Below, one piece after another: positions 9,046-19,005 of a DNA stretch of 64,000 nucleotides. The stretch is taken from assembly GCA_965243395.1 (NCBI GenBank), contig CBDEUS010000002.1:672001-736000 (forward strand), in the 5' to 3' direction. Source of the stretch: Gammaproteobacteria bacterium. Lineage in GTDB: Bacteria; Pseudomonadota; Gammaproteobacteria; UBA4575. The translations under genes were made by a program, and so were the position numbers. The notes under the pieces were generated by a model. That model saw only the letters and a program-made list of their open reading frames with translations. It was not told where the DNA came from and ran no database searches. Every line of letters starts with the position of its first letter. Position 1 is the stretch's first letter.

Positions 9046-9897
9046 ATGTTTTCAATTAATCCTTTCGCTGAACTTGCGACATTAATTTCACCTACAATCA
9101 TCCAAGCATACATTGTCCTTATGTTTATTATGGTTGTGTTAGGGACAATCCTCGATATGGCGCATAAGAAAAGCGCCCAGTATTTTTTCCAAAATGCGGA
9201 ACAAGCAAAAAAGAATGCCAAACGTACTCTCAGCTTTGGTAAAAAAGCATCGCTTGCATTAGCTACATTGGCACATGAAGTTGCAACTGCAGGAGAGTTT
9301 GCAAATAAAAATACGGCACGGCGTCTTTCACACAATCTAACAATGTATGGTTTTATACTATTTGTTGTCGCAACTGCGGTTTTGATCTTCAGTTATTCAA
9401 CGAGTACTGCTGCTAGTTTTTGGCCTGTCGTATGGCACATTGGTGCGATTATGCTGTGTCTAGGGGGTTACTGGTTTTGGTTCTTTATCCGTGTAGATGT
9501 CTCATCTGAAGGAGTTAAGTGGTACAACTTCAATGGCCGTGGTGACATCTTTATCGTTGGGTTAATTGCAATGGGTACTTTTGCATTGCTTTGGTCTGGC
9601 ACACTCGCTAGTGGTGGGCTATTGAATATGATTTTCCTTGTATTGTTTATAGCTTCAAGCACAGTTTTATTCTGTTCTGTTTATTGGTCCAAGTTTGCTC
9701 ACATGTTTTTCAAGCCAGCAGCGGCTTTTCAAAAGCGTTGTATCAAAGCGGATGGTTCATATGAGAACCTTCCTGAAGTTGGCGATCTATCTGATCCTGA
9801 AATTCAAGCTAGATATCCGGATATTCCTGAGTATATGGGCAGCAATCCACCTGACATGGGTCTAGGTATTAAGGCAGAAGCCCCAAGACATTACTAA
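9046..9897 (+). CDS. aprM: APS reductase membrane anchor AprM
   Basis: Multi-TM protein with HKKSAQYFF and WSKFAHMFFKP, directly upstream of aprB. Confidence 0.88.
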   Translation: MFSINPFAELATLISPTIIQAYIVLMFIMVVLGTILDMAHKKSAQYFFQNAEQAKKNAKRTLSFGKKASLALATLAHEVATAGEFANKNTARRLSHNLTMYGFILFVVATAVLIFSYSTSTAASFWPVVWHIGAIMLCLGGYWFWFFIRVDVSSEGVKWYNFNGRGDIFIVGLIAMGTFALLWSGTLASGGLLNMIFLVLFIASSTVLFCSVYWSKFAHMFFKPAAAFQKRCIKADGSYENLPEVGDLSDPEIQARYPDIPEYMGSNPPDMGLGIKAEAPRHY

Positions 9898-9935
9898 TTT
9901 TTACTTAATTAATCGAAATTTAGAGAGAAAATATT

Positions 9936-10418
9936 ATGCCTACTTTTGTATATATGACGCGTTGCGATGGTTGCGGACATTGCGTTGATATTTGTCCATC
10001 AGACATCATGCATATCGACACGACTACTCGACGTGCTTATAACATTGAGCCAAACATGTGTTGGGAGTGCTACTCCTGTGTGAAAGCTTGTCCTCATAAT
10101 GCGATTGATGTTCGTGGTTATGCAGATTTTGCTCCACTAGGACATTCAGTACGAGTAATTCGTGATGAAGAGAAAGGCGTTATTGCTTGGCGTATCAAAT
10201 CACGCAATGGCAAAAAAGATATGAATCTATTGGCGCCTATCACAACCAAACCTTGGGGTTCAGCAACTCCTCAGTTATCTGAAGTGGAAGCTCCTAGTCA
10301 AGAGATGAAAGACAGTCAATTACTTTTCAACGAACCAAAATATATACGTTTAGATGATGGTGACATTCATACACTTGAATCAAATGGTTTAGAGATGAAA
10401 GAAGGGGTGTACTACTAA
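9936..10418 (+). CDS. aprB: Adenylylsulfate reductase beta subunit
   Basis: MPTFVYMTRCDGCGHCVDICP and CWECYSCVKACP, two [4Fe-4S] motifs. Confidence 0.96.
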   Translation: MPTFVYMTRCDGCGHCVDICPSDIMHIDTTTRRAYNIEPNMCWECYSCVKACPHNAIDVRGYADFAPLGHSVRVIRDEEKGVIAWRIKSRNGKKDMNLLAPITTKPWGSATPQLSEVEAPSQEMKDSQLLFNEPKYIRLDDGDIHTLESNGLEMKEGVYY

Positions 10419-12301
10419 TGTCTTATAAAACGATTGTCGAAGACAACATTGATATTCTAGTAGCGGGTGCTGGCATGGCCGGTACGGGTGCTGCATTTGA
10501 AGCGCGGTACTGGGGTCAAGATAAAAAAATAGTCATTGCCGAAAAGGCAAATATCGATCGTTCTGGCGCAGTCGCGCAAGGACTTTATGCTATCAATACA
10601 TACATGGGTACGCGCTTCGGTGAAAATAATCCTGAAGATCACGTGCGCTATGCACGCATCGATTTGATGGGGATAGTTCGCGAAGATTTATTATTTGATA
10701 TGGCCCGTCACGTAGATTCTGCGGTACATCAATTCGAAGAATGGGGTTTACCGTTAATGCGTAATCCCAAGACAGGCGCTTATCAACGTGAAGGTCGATG
10801 GCAGATCATGATTCATGGTGAGTCCTACAAGCCAATCGTTGCAAATGCTGCAAAAAAATCTGCGAGTGAAGTTTTCAATCGTATCTGTGTAACACATTTT
10901 TTAATGGATGAATCAAAAGAAAATCGTGTTGCAGGAGCGGTAGGTTTCAACGTGCGTACTGGTAACTACCATGTATTCAAAGCTAAAACTGTTATTTGTG
11001 CTGCCGGCGGTGCTTCCAATATTTACAAGCCTCGTTCAGTAGGTGAAGGTGCGGGTCGTGTTTGGTATGCGCCATGGTCGTCAGGCTCTGCGTATGGGTT
11101 GATGATTGGTGCGGGTGCCAAGATGACACAAATGGAAAATCGCATTGTGTTGGCGCGTTTCAAAGATGGTTACGGTCCTGTAGGTGCGTATTTTTTGCAC
11201 CTCAAAACGTATACGCAAAACGGCCTTGGCGAAGAGTATGAATCAAAGTGGTGGCCTTCTACTCAGGAATTGGTAGGTAAGGAATACTTAGATCCGGAAG
11301 TTTCGCATAGAACGCATCGTCCTATTCCAACGTGTTTACGCAACCATGCATTTATCTCAGAAGTGAATGCTGGTCGTGGACCTATTCACATGGTTACCAT
11401 GGAAGCCTTCCAAGATCCTCATCTAGAAGAAATTGGTTGGCATAACTTCTTAGGAATGACAGTCGGTCAAGCGGTACTCTGGGCTGCTACTGATGTGGAT
11501 CCTAAGTATGAGAACCCCGAACTTACAACTTCTGAACCTTATGTAATGGGTTCACATGCTACGGGCTGCGGAGCATGGGTTTCTGGTCCTGAAGATCTAT
11601 CTCCCCCCGAGTATTTCTGGGGTTACAACCGTATGACTACTGTTGAAGGGTTATTTGGTGCAGGAGATGCTGCAGGTGGTACACCGCATGCATTCTCATC
11701 GGGTTCTTTTACCGAAGGTCGTTTAGCTGCCAAAGCTGCGTGTAGGTATATCGATGATGGTAAGGCAGAAGGGATCACAGTTTCTCAAGATCAAATTGAT
11801 CGACGTAAAGCTGAGATATATAAACCAATGGAGCACTACAAGATTTACCGCAATGAAATCACAGCAGGTAGTGTTAACCCTAATTACATTAATCCGCGAC
11901 AAGGACTTGATCGCTTGCAAAAGCTAATGGATGAGTATGGTGGTGGTGTAACGGTAAATTACATGACCAATGAAAAATTACTCAACATAGGATTAAAGAA
12001 AATTAAAACTTTGGAAGAAGATCTTGAGAAAATTGCTGCAGAAGATATTCATGAGTTACTTCGCGCATGGGAATTGAAGCATCGAACAATGGCTTCTGAA
12101 GCTGTATTGCAACATACGTTGTTCCGCAAAGAGACACGCTGGCCTGGTTATTATTATCGTGGCGACTTCATGAAAGTAGATGATCAAAACTGGCATGTAT
12201 TAACGGTTTCACGACGTGATCCGGAAACAGGTGAATACACCATGGAGAAAGCGCCATGCTATCACCTGGTCGGTGATGAAGAAAAACAAGCAGCGGCTTA
12301 A
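10418..12301 (+). CDS. aprA: Adenylylsulfate reductase alpha subunit
   Basis: RSGAVAQGL, WQIMIHGESYK, FSSGSFTEGR and ETRWPGYYYR; coupled to aprB by TAATG. Confidence 0.97.
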   Translation: MSYKTIVEDNIDILVAGAGMAGTGAAFEARYWGQDKKIVIAEKANIDRSGAVAQGLYAINTYMGTRFGENNPEDHVRYARIDLMGIVREDLLFDMARHVDSAVHQFEEWGLPLMRNPKTGAYQREGRWQIMIHGESYKPIVANAAKKSASEVFNRICVTHFLMDESKENRVAGAVGFNVRTGNYHVFKAKTVICAAGGASNIYKPRSVGEGAGRVWYAPWSSGSAYGLMIGAGAKMTQMENRIVLARFKDGYGPVGAYFLHLKTYTQNGLGEEYESKWWPSTQELVGKEYLDPEVSHRTHRPIPTCLRNHAFISEVNAGRGPIHMVTMEAFQDPHLEEIGWHNFLGMTVGQAVLWAATDVDPKYENPELTTSEPYVMGSHATGCGAWVSGPEDLSPPEYFWGYNRMTTVEGLFGAGDAAGGTPHAFSSGSFTEGRLAAKAACRYIDDGKAEGITVSQDQIDRRKAEIYKPMEHYKIYRNEITAGSVNPNYINPRQGLDRLQKLMDEYGGGVTVNYMTNEKLLNIGLKKIKTLEEDLEKIAAEDIHELLRAWELKHRTMASEAVLQHTLFRKETRWPGYYYRGDFMKVDDQNWHVLTVSRRDPETGEYTMEKAPCYHLVGDEEKQAAA

Positions 12302-12313
12302 AAAAGTAATCAT

Positions 12314-12337
12314 AAGGCCTCTTTTGAGAGGCCTTTT
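12314..12337 (+). terminator. Hairpin after aprA
   Basis: AAGGCCTCT-TTTG-AGAGGCCTT followed by Ts. Confidence 0.7.
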
Positions 12338-12345
12338 GTTCTGGC

Positions 12346-12378
12346 AAAAAAAAGATCAACCAAAGTTGATCTTTTTTT
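12346..12378. terminator. Second, bidirectional-type terminator hairpin after aprA
   Basis: A8-GATCAAC-CAAA-GTTGATC-T7. Confidence 0.7.
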
Positions 12379-12429
12379 ATTTTAGAAGGCGTAAATTTTT
12401 TTATTGCAGAAACTGCTATAGAGAATGAT

Positions 12430-12780
12430 ATGAACATTATTGAAAAAAGCGACGAAGAAATTCTAGAAATTGCGCATCCAATGTGGGATGACCTTATTAA
12501 ATATTCCAACGAAGGTGAGTATGGAAAATTTATTCGTAAATTTTCTTATGATTTGTTGTTTGGTCTTAATGAGGTTGAAGTTGGAAAACAATTCGCTAGA
12601 AGTGAGCTAACCAGAAACTTAAATACTGAATATGACTATCTTGGTCTTATTCGTAGAGGTGAGCATGTAACGGTGTTGTACCGCGTGACGAGTACCAAAA
12701 AAGAAGGTGAGTGGTTAGGACGCATGGTATTGGGTTATGAAAAAGACGAAGTGAGAATTTTCGGCGCATCTGTTTTTTAA
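12430..12780 (+). CDS. Hypothetical protein
   Basis: GAGAG RBS-like site, ATG start, protein-like composition. Confidence 0.7.
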   Translation: MNIIEKSDEEILEIAHPMWDDLIKYSNEGEYGKFIRKFSYDLLFGLNEVEVGKQFARSELTRNLNTEYDYLGLIRRGEHVTVLYRVTSTKKEGEWLGRMVLGYEKDEVRIFGASVF

Positions 12781-12813
12781 TCATTTGACTGTATAAAATT
12801 TTGGATTACAAAC

Positions 12814-13353
12814 ATGAATGAAGTCATTAAAGAGGTTATCACCGAAGGAAAGCTTGTTGAATTAAAATACAAAGTTATCGATTTAAAATCAGAAGCCATT
12901 CTTACAGAAGTAGAATTTCCAATTGGTTATATCCATGGTTTTACAGAAGCGCTTGCTCCACAAGTGACTGCAGAATTGGAGGGGAAAACTGTAGGTGAAA
13001 TAATAGAAGTTCCTATCGACTGTAACAAGATATATGGTCCTAGAGATGAGTCATTGGTTGTTATCGATCATATCGATAATGTTCCTGAAGAGTATCGTGA
13101 GGTAGGTATGTCAATCCTGATGGAGAACGAAAAGGGTGAAACAAAAAGTTTTCTGGTAACCCGTGTTGATGAAAATTCTGTAACTATTGATGGTAATAAC
13201 CCACTTTGTGGTCGTGAAGTAATATTCAAGCTTGAAATTCTAACTGTGCGCGATGCAACCGATGATGAAATTGAAGCGGGTGGCCCCGTAAATGCTGAAC
13301 CAGATATTAGTGAGATCGTAGGGTCAGATCAAAAAGTACAACCACTCAACTAG
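12814..13353 (+). CDS. slyD: SlyD-type FKBP peptidyl-prolyl isomerase without a His-rich tail
   Basis: YIHG, LEGK..GE, YGPRDE, IDGNNPLCG and VRDATDDEI. Confidence 0.8.
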   Translation: MNEVIKEVITEGKLVELKYKVIDLKSEAILTEVEFPIGYIHGFTEALAPQVTAELEGKTVGEIIEVPIDCNKIYGPRDESLVVIDHIDNVPEEYREVGMSILMENEKGETKSFLVTRVDENSVTIDGNNPLCGREVIFKLEILTVRDATDDEIEAGGPVNAEPDISEIVGSDQKVQPLN

Positions 13354-13394
13354 TTTCTCTAAAGTGAATGATGCTGATCTGATGGAGAAACATA

Positions 13395-14504
13395 TTGCCT
13401 CATAATCTTTATGCCGAAACACTTTTAACACCAGGTCTTGGAATACCTATTGCGTGGCGTCATGACAACCGCGCACAGTATTTAATTGAATTGCTTGATC
13501 AGGATTCTCCAGTGCGTGGTGCACTGTCACAAGCCATTGATCGCTATGGCGATACATTCTTTGAATTAGCATCCAATAAAGAAACGCTTATTGAATGGGC
13601 CAATTCGCAAAAGACTTTAGTCGATACCGCAGATGTCAGAGAACTAAGATTGGGTGGGGCTCATGTTTTTCAACAGGCGATTGAACTTTTTCAAGGTCTG
13701 CAAATGGTGGTGGAAAAAGAAGATGACCCAGTGAGGTGGTCTGCAATTCATCACAACATAGGTGATGTGATGGGGTTTATTGGACAGCGCAGTGGCAGCA
13801 CACATTTTCTTGAGCAAGCGGCTATGTCTTATGAACAGGCCTTGGAAGCTCGAAGTTTTGAAGACACACCATTCGAGTGGGCATGTACGCAATATAATCT
13901 TGGGGTCGTGATACAAACACTTGGCCAACTAGAAGATGATCCCAACTTACTCAAACAAGCAGAACAAACCTATAAACAAGCTTCAACTGCATTGAAAAGA
14001 GATGAGCATCCAGATGAATGGGCTGCAACTTTATGCAGTACTGGCAATGTGCTTTTTCTATTAGGTATACATCGACGGGGTCCTCGCACACTAGAACAGG
14101 CTGTGGTTGTAATGCGTAATGCTATGGCGGAACGTACTCCGGATAAATCGTCTTATGCATGGGCTATTACACAAAACAATCTTGCCGCAACGTTACAAGC
14201 TTTAGGTACACATGAAGAAGATATTTCATCTCTAGAAGAATCAATCCCAATCTACGATGCAACACTGAAAGCACTACCTAAAGAAGACGTGCCGATGATA
14301 TGGGCAATGGTTTCTGCGAATCGTGCCTCTGCCATGCATGCTTTGGCCGATGAATCTGATTATGTAGAGTTGGCTATGCGAGCAGAGTCGGAATTTGCAA
14401 GCATTGCTGAATTATTTGCCGAAGCAGAATTAACACGTCATCAGCAACTGGCAGAAGAACGCAGAGATCAGTCAAATGAATTAGTTAAATTACTCCAGGT
14501 CTAA
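13395..14504 (+). CDS. TPR-repeat protein
   Basis: Repeated P..WA.TQ.NLG..L..LG units of about 45 aa. Confidence 0.8.
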   Translation: MPHNLYAETLLTPGLGIPIAWRHDNRAQYLIELLDQDSPVRGALSQAIDRYGDTFFELASNKETLIEWANSQKTLVDTADVRELRLGGAHVFQQAIELFQGLQMVVEKEDDPVRWSAIHHNIGDVMGFIGQRSGSTHFLEQAAMSYEQALEARSFEDTPFEWACTQYNLGVVIQTLGQLEDDPNLLKQAEQTYKQASTALKRDEHPDEWAATLCSTGNVLFLLGIHRRGPRTLEQAVVVMRNAMAERTPDKSSYAWAITQNNLAATLQALGTHEEDISSLEESIPIYDATLKALPKEDVPMIWAMVSANRASAMHALADESDYVELAMRAESEFASIAELFAEAELTRHQQLAEERRDQSNELVKLLQV

Positions 14505-14514
14505 GATAAGAATT

Positions 14515-15387
14515 ATGATAAAGACCTACTCCCAACGTCTCTTGCCTCCCTATTATGGGCTGGCACAAATTGTAGAGTCTGAACGCGCAAGGGCGATAAC
14601 TGTTGATGGTCAAACCTGGGAAATTCAATTTCTTCGCACCGGTAATGGCAGCCAAAGTAGAAACAATATCTTTAGACGCGCAGTAACTATTAGTGACAGC
14701 GAAATTAAACAAAAAGAACTAGAATCCTTGTTAGAGGGGCAAGAAGTTGATGAGCGTATTCTGGAATTAACAGATTTTCTTGCAGATGTTTCCTTGCCTT
14801 TTCCTGTAGCAGATCGTTATGAATATTGGTTGTTGGATGAAAAACATCAATTACCATTAGCGTTAATTTTTTCAGCTAAAGACCCCGAGCAGATGAATGC
14901 GTATCCTTCTCGTCCAGAATGGACTGCACTACCCGCAGCTGTGATGCCAATAGAATCCACAGAAGAGGAAAAGTCTTATGCAGCAGCGCCTGTAAATTAT
15001 CGCCTAGAAAGACTAGTGGCAGAGAGGGCTGGAGTAAATCCTAAGGCTAAGTGGTTCACGCGAAGTTCAAGTGAAGAATATACGTTTCCTACTTTTATGT
15101 TGTCTGAAAATTGGCAAGAGGAAGAAAGTATCGATTTATGTCAACGTTATCTTTATCGTCAGTCTCCTCGCTTGTTGATGTTGCATGGTTTAAATCAAGA
15201 GCTACGAAGACAGTTAGAAATAAATGCGAAGAGTTTCGCACTAGAAGTGGCACGTTTTTACCCTCTCTATCCTGAAGTAGTTGATCAAACTTTGATGAAT
15301 GCCATACTTGTTGAGGCAAAAATAAGAGGAACGACTGAAGATCAGCCTGCGTTGCACAAACGTAGAGACGGAATACATTATCTATAG
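14515..15387 (+). CDS. Hypothetical protein
   Basis: 290-aa ORF in an operon-like run. No recognised motif. Confidence 0.75.
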   Translation: MIKTYSQRLLPPYYGLAQIVESERARAITVDGQTWEIQFLRTGNGSQSRNNIFRRAVTISDSEIKQKELESLLEGQEVDERILELTDFLADVSLPFPVADRYEYWLLDEKHQLPLALIFSAKDPEQMNAYPSRPEWTALPAAVMPIESTEEEKSYAAAPVNYRLERLVAERAGVNPKAKWFTRSSSEEYTFPTFMLSENWQEEESIDLCQRYLYRQSPRLLMLHGLNQELRRQLEINAKSFALEVARFYPLYPEVVDQTLMNAILVEAKIRGTTEDQPALHKRRDGIHYL

Positions 15388-15416
15388 TAAGAATACATAA
15401 AGTAAAAGGATTATTC

Positions 15417-15743
15417 GTGGCGCAATATATTTTCATTTATCTGGGTGGCGAGCATCCCAGCAACCCTGAAGAAGGTAAAAAGCATTTTGAGAAATACCAA
15501 AAATGGTTGCTAAGTCTTGGAGAATCTGTAGTGAGTCCTGCGATTCCTTTTAAAGACACACATACTGTTCATAAAGACGGTAGAACTCAGCAAGGTACTA
15601 CTACATTGATGTCGGGAATGAGTATTTTAAAATTTGAAACTTTGCAGGATGCACTTGCGGCTGCAAAAGCATGTCCATTCCTTGAAATAGGCGGCACGCT
15701 AGAAGTTTCAGAAATGATTGAAATGTCAAGCACAGTGAATTAG
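15417..15743 (+). CDS. YCII-related domain protein
   Basis: W...LG, SGMSIL, AKACPFL and GTLEVSE pattern; AAGGA RBS. Confidence 0.7.
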   Translation: MAQYIFIYLGGEHPSNPEEGKKHFEKYQKWLLSLGESVVSPAIPFKDTHTVHKDGRTQQGTTTLMSGMSILKFETLQDALAAAKACPFLEIGGTLEVSEMIEMSSTVN

Positions 15744-15750
15744 ATAAACG

Positions 15751-16068
15751 ATGTCACTAAAGATAACTCAAAAACATTTTTTATATGGAAAACGTGAATT
15801 TGAATTAGATGAAGATATCGTAAAAGTTAAAGTAAATAGTTTATTAGATGAAAATAAAGATTTTGAGGTTGAGTTAGCTATGATTAATCCAGAGCCCATA
15901 TTAAGTAAATCTCGCTTGGAGTTTCATAGTCGAGTTAAGTGTCGGCCACTGATTTCTTTATATTTAAACAAACCCAACAAAAAAGAGTTTAATGCATTTG
16001 TTGATGCTATTAAAACTCGAGCAAAAAATGAATTTGATTCATTTGCTGGAATTAATGTTTCTGAATGA
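15751..16068 (+). CDS. Hypothetical protein, paralogue of the N-terminal domain of the next gene
   Basis: TQKHFLYGKREFE…NPEPI…LEFHSRV…PLISLYLNKPN…FNAFV aligns with the 16070 ORF. Confidence 0.75.
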   Translation: MSLKITQKHFLYGKREFELDEDIVKVKVNSLLDENKDFEVELAMINPEPILSKSRLEFHSRVKCRPLISLYLNKPNKKEFNAFVDAIKTRAKNEFDSFAGINVSE

Positions 16069-16069
16069 A

Positions 16070-16690
16070 ATGCGCACTAAACTTACTCAAAAACATCTGT
16101 TCAAAGGTACTCGCGTTTTTGAAATTATAGACGATCAAGTTCATATTAAGTCTCGTAAAGAAGAAACACTTAGTGTCATGCTAGCAGTACTTAATCCGGA
16201 ACCTGTTATAACGCACTCTCACCTTGAATTTGTAAGTCGCGTTAACGGTGAGCCATTATTATCATTGTTTTTGTCAAAACCAAACGTCACTGAATTTAAC
16301 GAATTTGTTGCTACGCTCAAACAGAAAGCGCGGGAAGAATACAATGCGATTTCCGGTATTAGTATTACGGGTAAACCCGCAACACTTAATGGTAATTTAT
16401 ATGAAGAGCCACCTGAGTTTGATGATGTGACTCCTGAAGATGTTGGCAAAGATAAACGTATCAATGTTGAAGGTCTTGAGAACGCAATTCATATGTTGGA
16501 AATGTACGTAGATAACGAAGAAATCAAACCACTGATAGCAGCCTTAGAATCGCTCAAACAAGCACCAAAAGATCACTCAAAATTAGTTAGGGTTGCCACT
16601 GTATTCAACGAGCTGGGATCAAGCCAAGGTGCGGTACTCACCTATGCGCCCTATGTCAGTATTATTCTTTCAGATGATCCTTTTGGGTAA
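16070..16690 (+). CDS. Hypothetical two-domain protein
   Basis: Start reassigned to ATG 16070 (MRTKLTQKH) by alignment with the upstream paralogue. Confidence 0.72.
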   Translation: MRTKLTQKHLFKGTRVFEIIDDQVHIKSRKEETLSVMLAVLNPEPVITHSHLEFVSRVNGEPLLSLFLSKPNVTEFNEFVATLKQKAREEYNAISGISITGKPATLNGNLYEEPPEFDDVTPEDVGKDKRINVEGLENAIHMLEMYVDNEEIKPLIAALESLKQAPKDHSKLVRVATVFNELGSSQGAVLTYAPYVSIILSDDPFG

Positions 16691-16837
16691 AGATAATGAT
16701 AAGCGTAGGTAACCTATTGAGTGGAGTCTACCTATAGATATTTTCTTATTATAGATAAATAGAAATAGTCATCTTGAAGAGCTAGTTTGCTAATATTGTC
16801 TGACTAAACAATTTAAATTTTTAGCGGAAGGGAAGTT

Positions 16838-16999
16838 ATGAGCGAGCAACAAAATACCAGACCCAAGGTCCCCGAGGGTGAAACAGAGTATTACAAAACG
16901 CGTCAATTAGAGGTCAATGACAAGGGTTTCGTGGGATATGAAACTATCTGGAAGGATTTTCAGAAAGAAGCTGAATATACAATACCAAAACGACCTTGA
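16838..16999 (+). CDS. Unannotated 53-aa protein (MSEQQNTRPKVPEGETEYYKTRQLEVNDKGFVGYETIWKDFQKEAEYTIPKRP)
   Basis: Purine-rich RBS GGAAGGGAAG, ATG 16838, TGA at 16997-16999, terminator right after. Confidence 0.65.
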   Translation: MSEQQNTRPKVPEGETEYYKTRQLEVNDKGFVGYETIWKDFQKEAEYTIPKRP

Positions 17000-17034
17000 G
17001 TATTTATTATTAAAACAGCTTTGCAAATATGTAT

Positions 17035-17063
17035 AAAAAGGCCCTTATTGAAGGGCCTTTTTT
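17035..17063 (+). terminator. Intrinsic terminator
   Basis: AAAAAGGCCCTT-ATTG-AAGGGCCTTTTTT. Confidence 0.85.
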
Positions 17064-17169
17064 GTTTTTCCGTTGCCGTTTATAGCAACTAGTAATTTAG
17101 ATGACTTGGTCTGTTATGTAATTAACGTTATAGTCAATCTTAATGAAGTAACGTAATCCTTTGAGATTT

Positions 17170-19005
17170 ATGCAACAAGCATTGGCCAAACAAGACGAAC
17201 ATCCATTAGCGGGTACTAAAATGACCGGCTCGGACATTATTGTGCAAGTGTTGGCACAAGAAGGTACCGATGTGATTTTTGGGTATAGCGGTGGCGCGAT
17301 ACTGCCTACCTATGACGCCGTGTTCCGATTCAATGCGGAAACCAATGAATCAATGCCACTCATTGTTCCTGCCAATGAGCAAGGTGCCGGATTTATGGCA
17401 TCTGGTTATGCGCGGGCAAGTGGTAAGGTTGGTGTGGTAATGGTGACTTCAGGTCCGGGGGCAACCAATACTGTTACTCCGGTACGTGATTGCATGGCGG
17501 ACTCTATTCCGATAGTAGTGATTAGTGGTCAGGTGCCTACACCTGCAATTGGCAGTGATGGTTTCCAAGAAGCGCCGATTGCCAACATTATGGGCGCAGT
17601 CGCCAAGCATATATTTTTGGTTACTGATCCCGAAAAACTTGAATCTACGATACGTACTGCATTTGAAATCGCGCGTACCGGTAGACCAGGGCCAGTAGTG
17701 ATCGATATTCCCAAAGATGTTCAAAATTGGGAAGGCGTTTTTCAGGGCAAAGGTCAATTACCGATACGTGGTTATCGAGAGCGTATTGAAGAAGTCGCTG
17801 AAAATATTTTAACAGACGAAGACTGCAAGTCTTTTTTTGCAGATTTCGAAAAAGCAAAGCAACCGCTTATCTATGCAGGTGGTGGTGTTATCAATGGTGA
17901 TGCATCAGCTGAACTTCGTGCTTTTGCAGATCATTTTAAAATTCCGGTTGTCACGACATTGATGGGAATTGGTGCGTACGACACAACTGAAGACCGTTCT
18001 TTACATATGCTTGGTATGCATGGCACTGCATTTGCTAATTATGCAGTGGATGATTGTGATTTCTTAATTGCCATTGGCGCACGCTTTGATGATCGTGTTG
18101 CGGCTGTACCCGATAAGTTTGCACCTAAGGCAAAATTTATTGCGCACTTTGATATTGATCCGTCTGAAATTCACAAAGTTAAACCTGTGGACTGGCATCA
18201 TGTAGGCTTGTTACCTCAAGCAATGAGTAAATTGCTTGACTATGGCTTAAATAATATTACTGCAAAAGATTATAAAGACTGGCATCAACATATCGGTACA
18301 TTAAAAAGCACCTATGCGATGAACTATGACAAGCAATCTGATCATATACAGCCCTATGCAGTAATTGAAGAATTAAATAAATATGCAAAAGGTGAGGCCG
18401 TTATTAGTACTGGTGTAGGGCAGCATCAAATGTGGGCTGCACAGTATTTTGATTTTAAATCTCCTCGTCTTTGGTTGACCTCTGGAAGTATGGGCACCAT
18501 GGGTTTTGGTTTGCCAGCTGCAATAGGCGCACAATTTGCCAGACCTGATTTGATCGTTATCGATATAGATGGTGATGCCAGTATGCGCATGAATCTGGGT
18601 GAGCTGGAAACTGTCACAACTTATAAGTTACCGATAAAAATTGTTGTGCTGAATAACCTAGGCGACGGCATGGTAAAGCAATGGCAGAAGTTATTTTTTA
18701 AAGGGCGATTGTCAGCAAGTGATAAGTCTTTACATAAAAAAGATTTTATCAAAGCGGCAGAAGCGGATGGTTATGAATATGCAGTGCGTTTAGAAAATAA
18801 AGCTGAGTTGCCAAAAGTAATTAAAGAGTTTATGGAATTTGATGGACCCGCATTTATTGAGGTGATGATTGATCCGGATGCGGGTGTATATCCTATGGTG
18901 GGACCGGGTATGAGTTATAGTCAAATGATTACTGGCGATCATATTCCTACACGAAATGCGGAAGTAGATACGAAAACGGAAGTAGATTCCTCTGAAATGT
19001 TTTGA
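17170..19005 (+). CDS. ilvB: Acetolactate synthase large subunit-like ThDP enzyme
   Basis: FGYSGGAIL, EQGAGFMA, TSGPGATN, FQEA, RFDDRV, GQHQMWAA and the GDA…NN ThDP motif. ATG 17170 preferred to TTG 17161. Confidence 0.85.
   Translation: MQQALAKQDEHPLAGTKMTGSDIIVQVLAQEGTDVIFGYSGGAILPTYDAVFRFNAETNESMPLIVPANEQGAGFMASGYARASGKVGVVMVTSGPGATNTVTPVRDCMADSIPIVVISGQVPTPAIGSDGFQEAPIANIMGAVAKHIFLVTDPEKLESTIRTAFEIARTGRPGPVVIDIPKDVQNWEGVFQGKGQLPIRGYRERIEEVAENILTDEDCKSFFADFEKAKQPLIYAGGGVINGDASAELRAFADHFKIPVVTTLMGIGAYDTTEDRSLHMLGMHGTAFANYAVDDCDFLIAIGARFDDRVAAVPDKFAPKAKFIAHFDIDPSEIHKVKPVDWHHVGLLPQAMSKLLDYGLNNITAKDYKDWHQHIGTLKSTYAMNYDKQSDHIQPYAVIEELNKYAKGEAVISTGVGQHQMWAAQYFDFKSPRLWLTSGSMGTMGFGLPAAIGAQFARPDLIVIDIDGDASMRMNLGELETVTTYKLPIKIVVLNNLGDGMVKQWQKLFFKGRLSASDKSLHKKDFIKAAEADGYEYAVRLENKAELPKVIKEFMEFDGPAFIEVMIDPDAGVYPMVGPGMSYSQMITGDHIPTRNAEVDTKTEVDSSEMF

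Noticed and set aside
15992-16069. N-terminal extension of the 232-aa ORF
   Set aside because: It overlaps the upstream gene, and the paralogue alignment supports ATG 16070.
16838-17063. ilv attenuator (leader peptide plus terminator) upstream of ilvB
   Set aside because: The peptide is long and not enriched in Ile/Leu/Val codons, and no antiterminator is evident.
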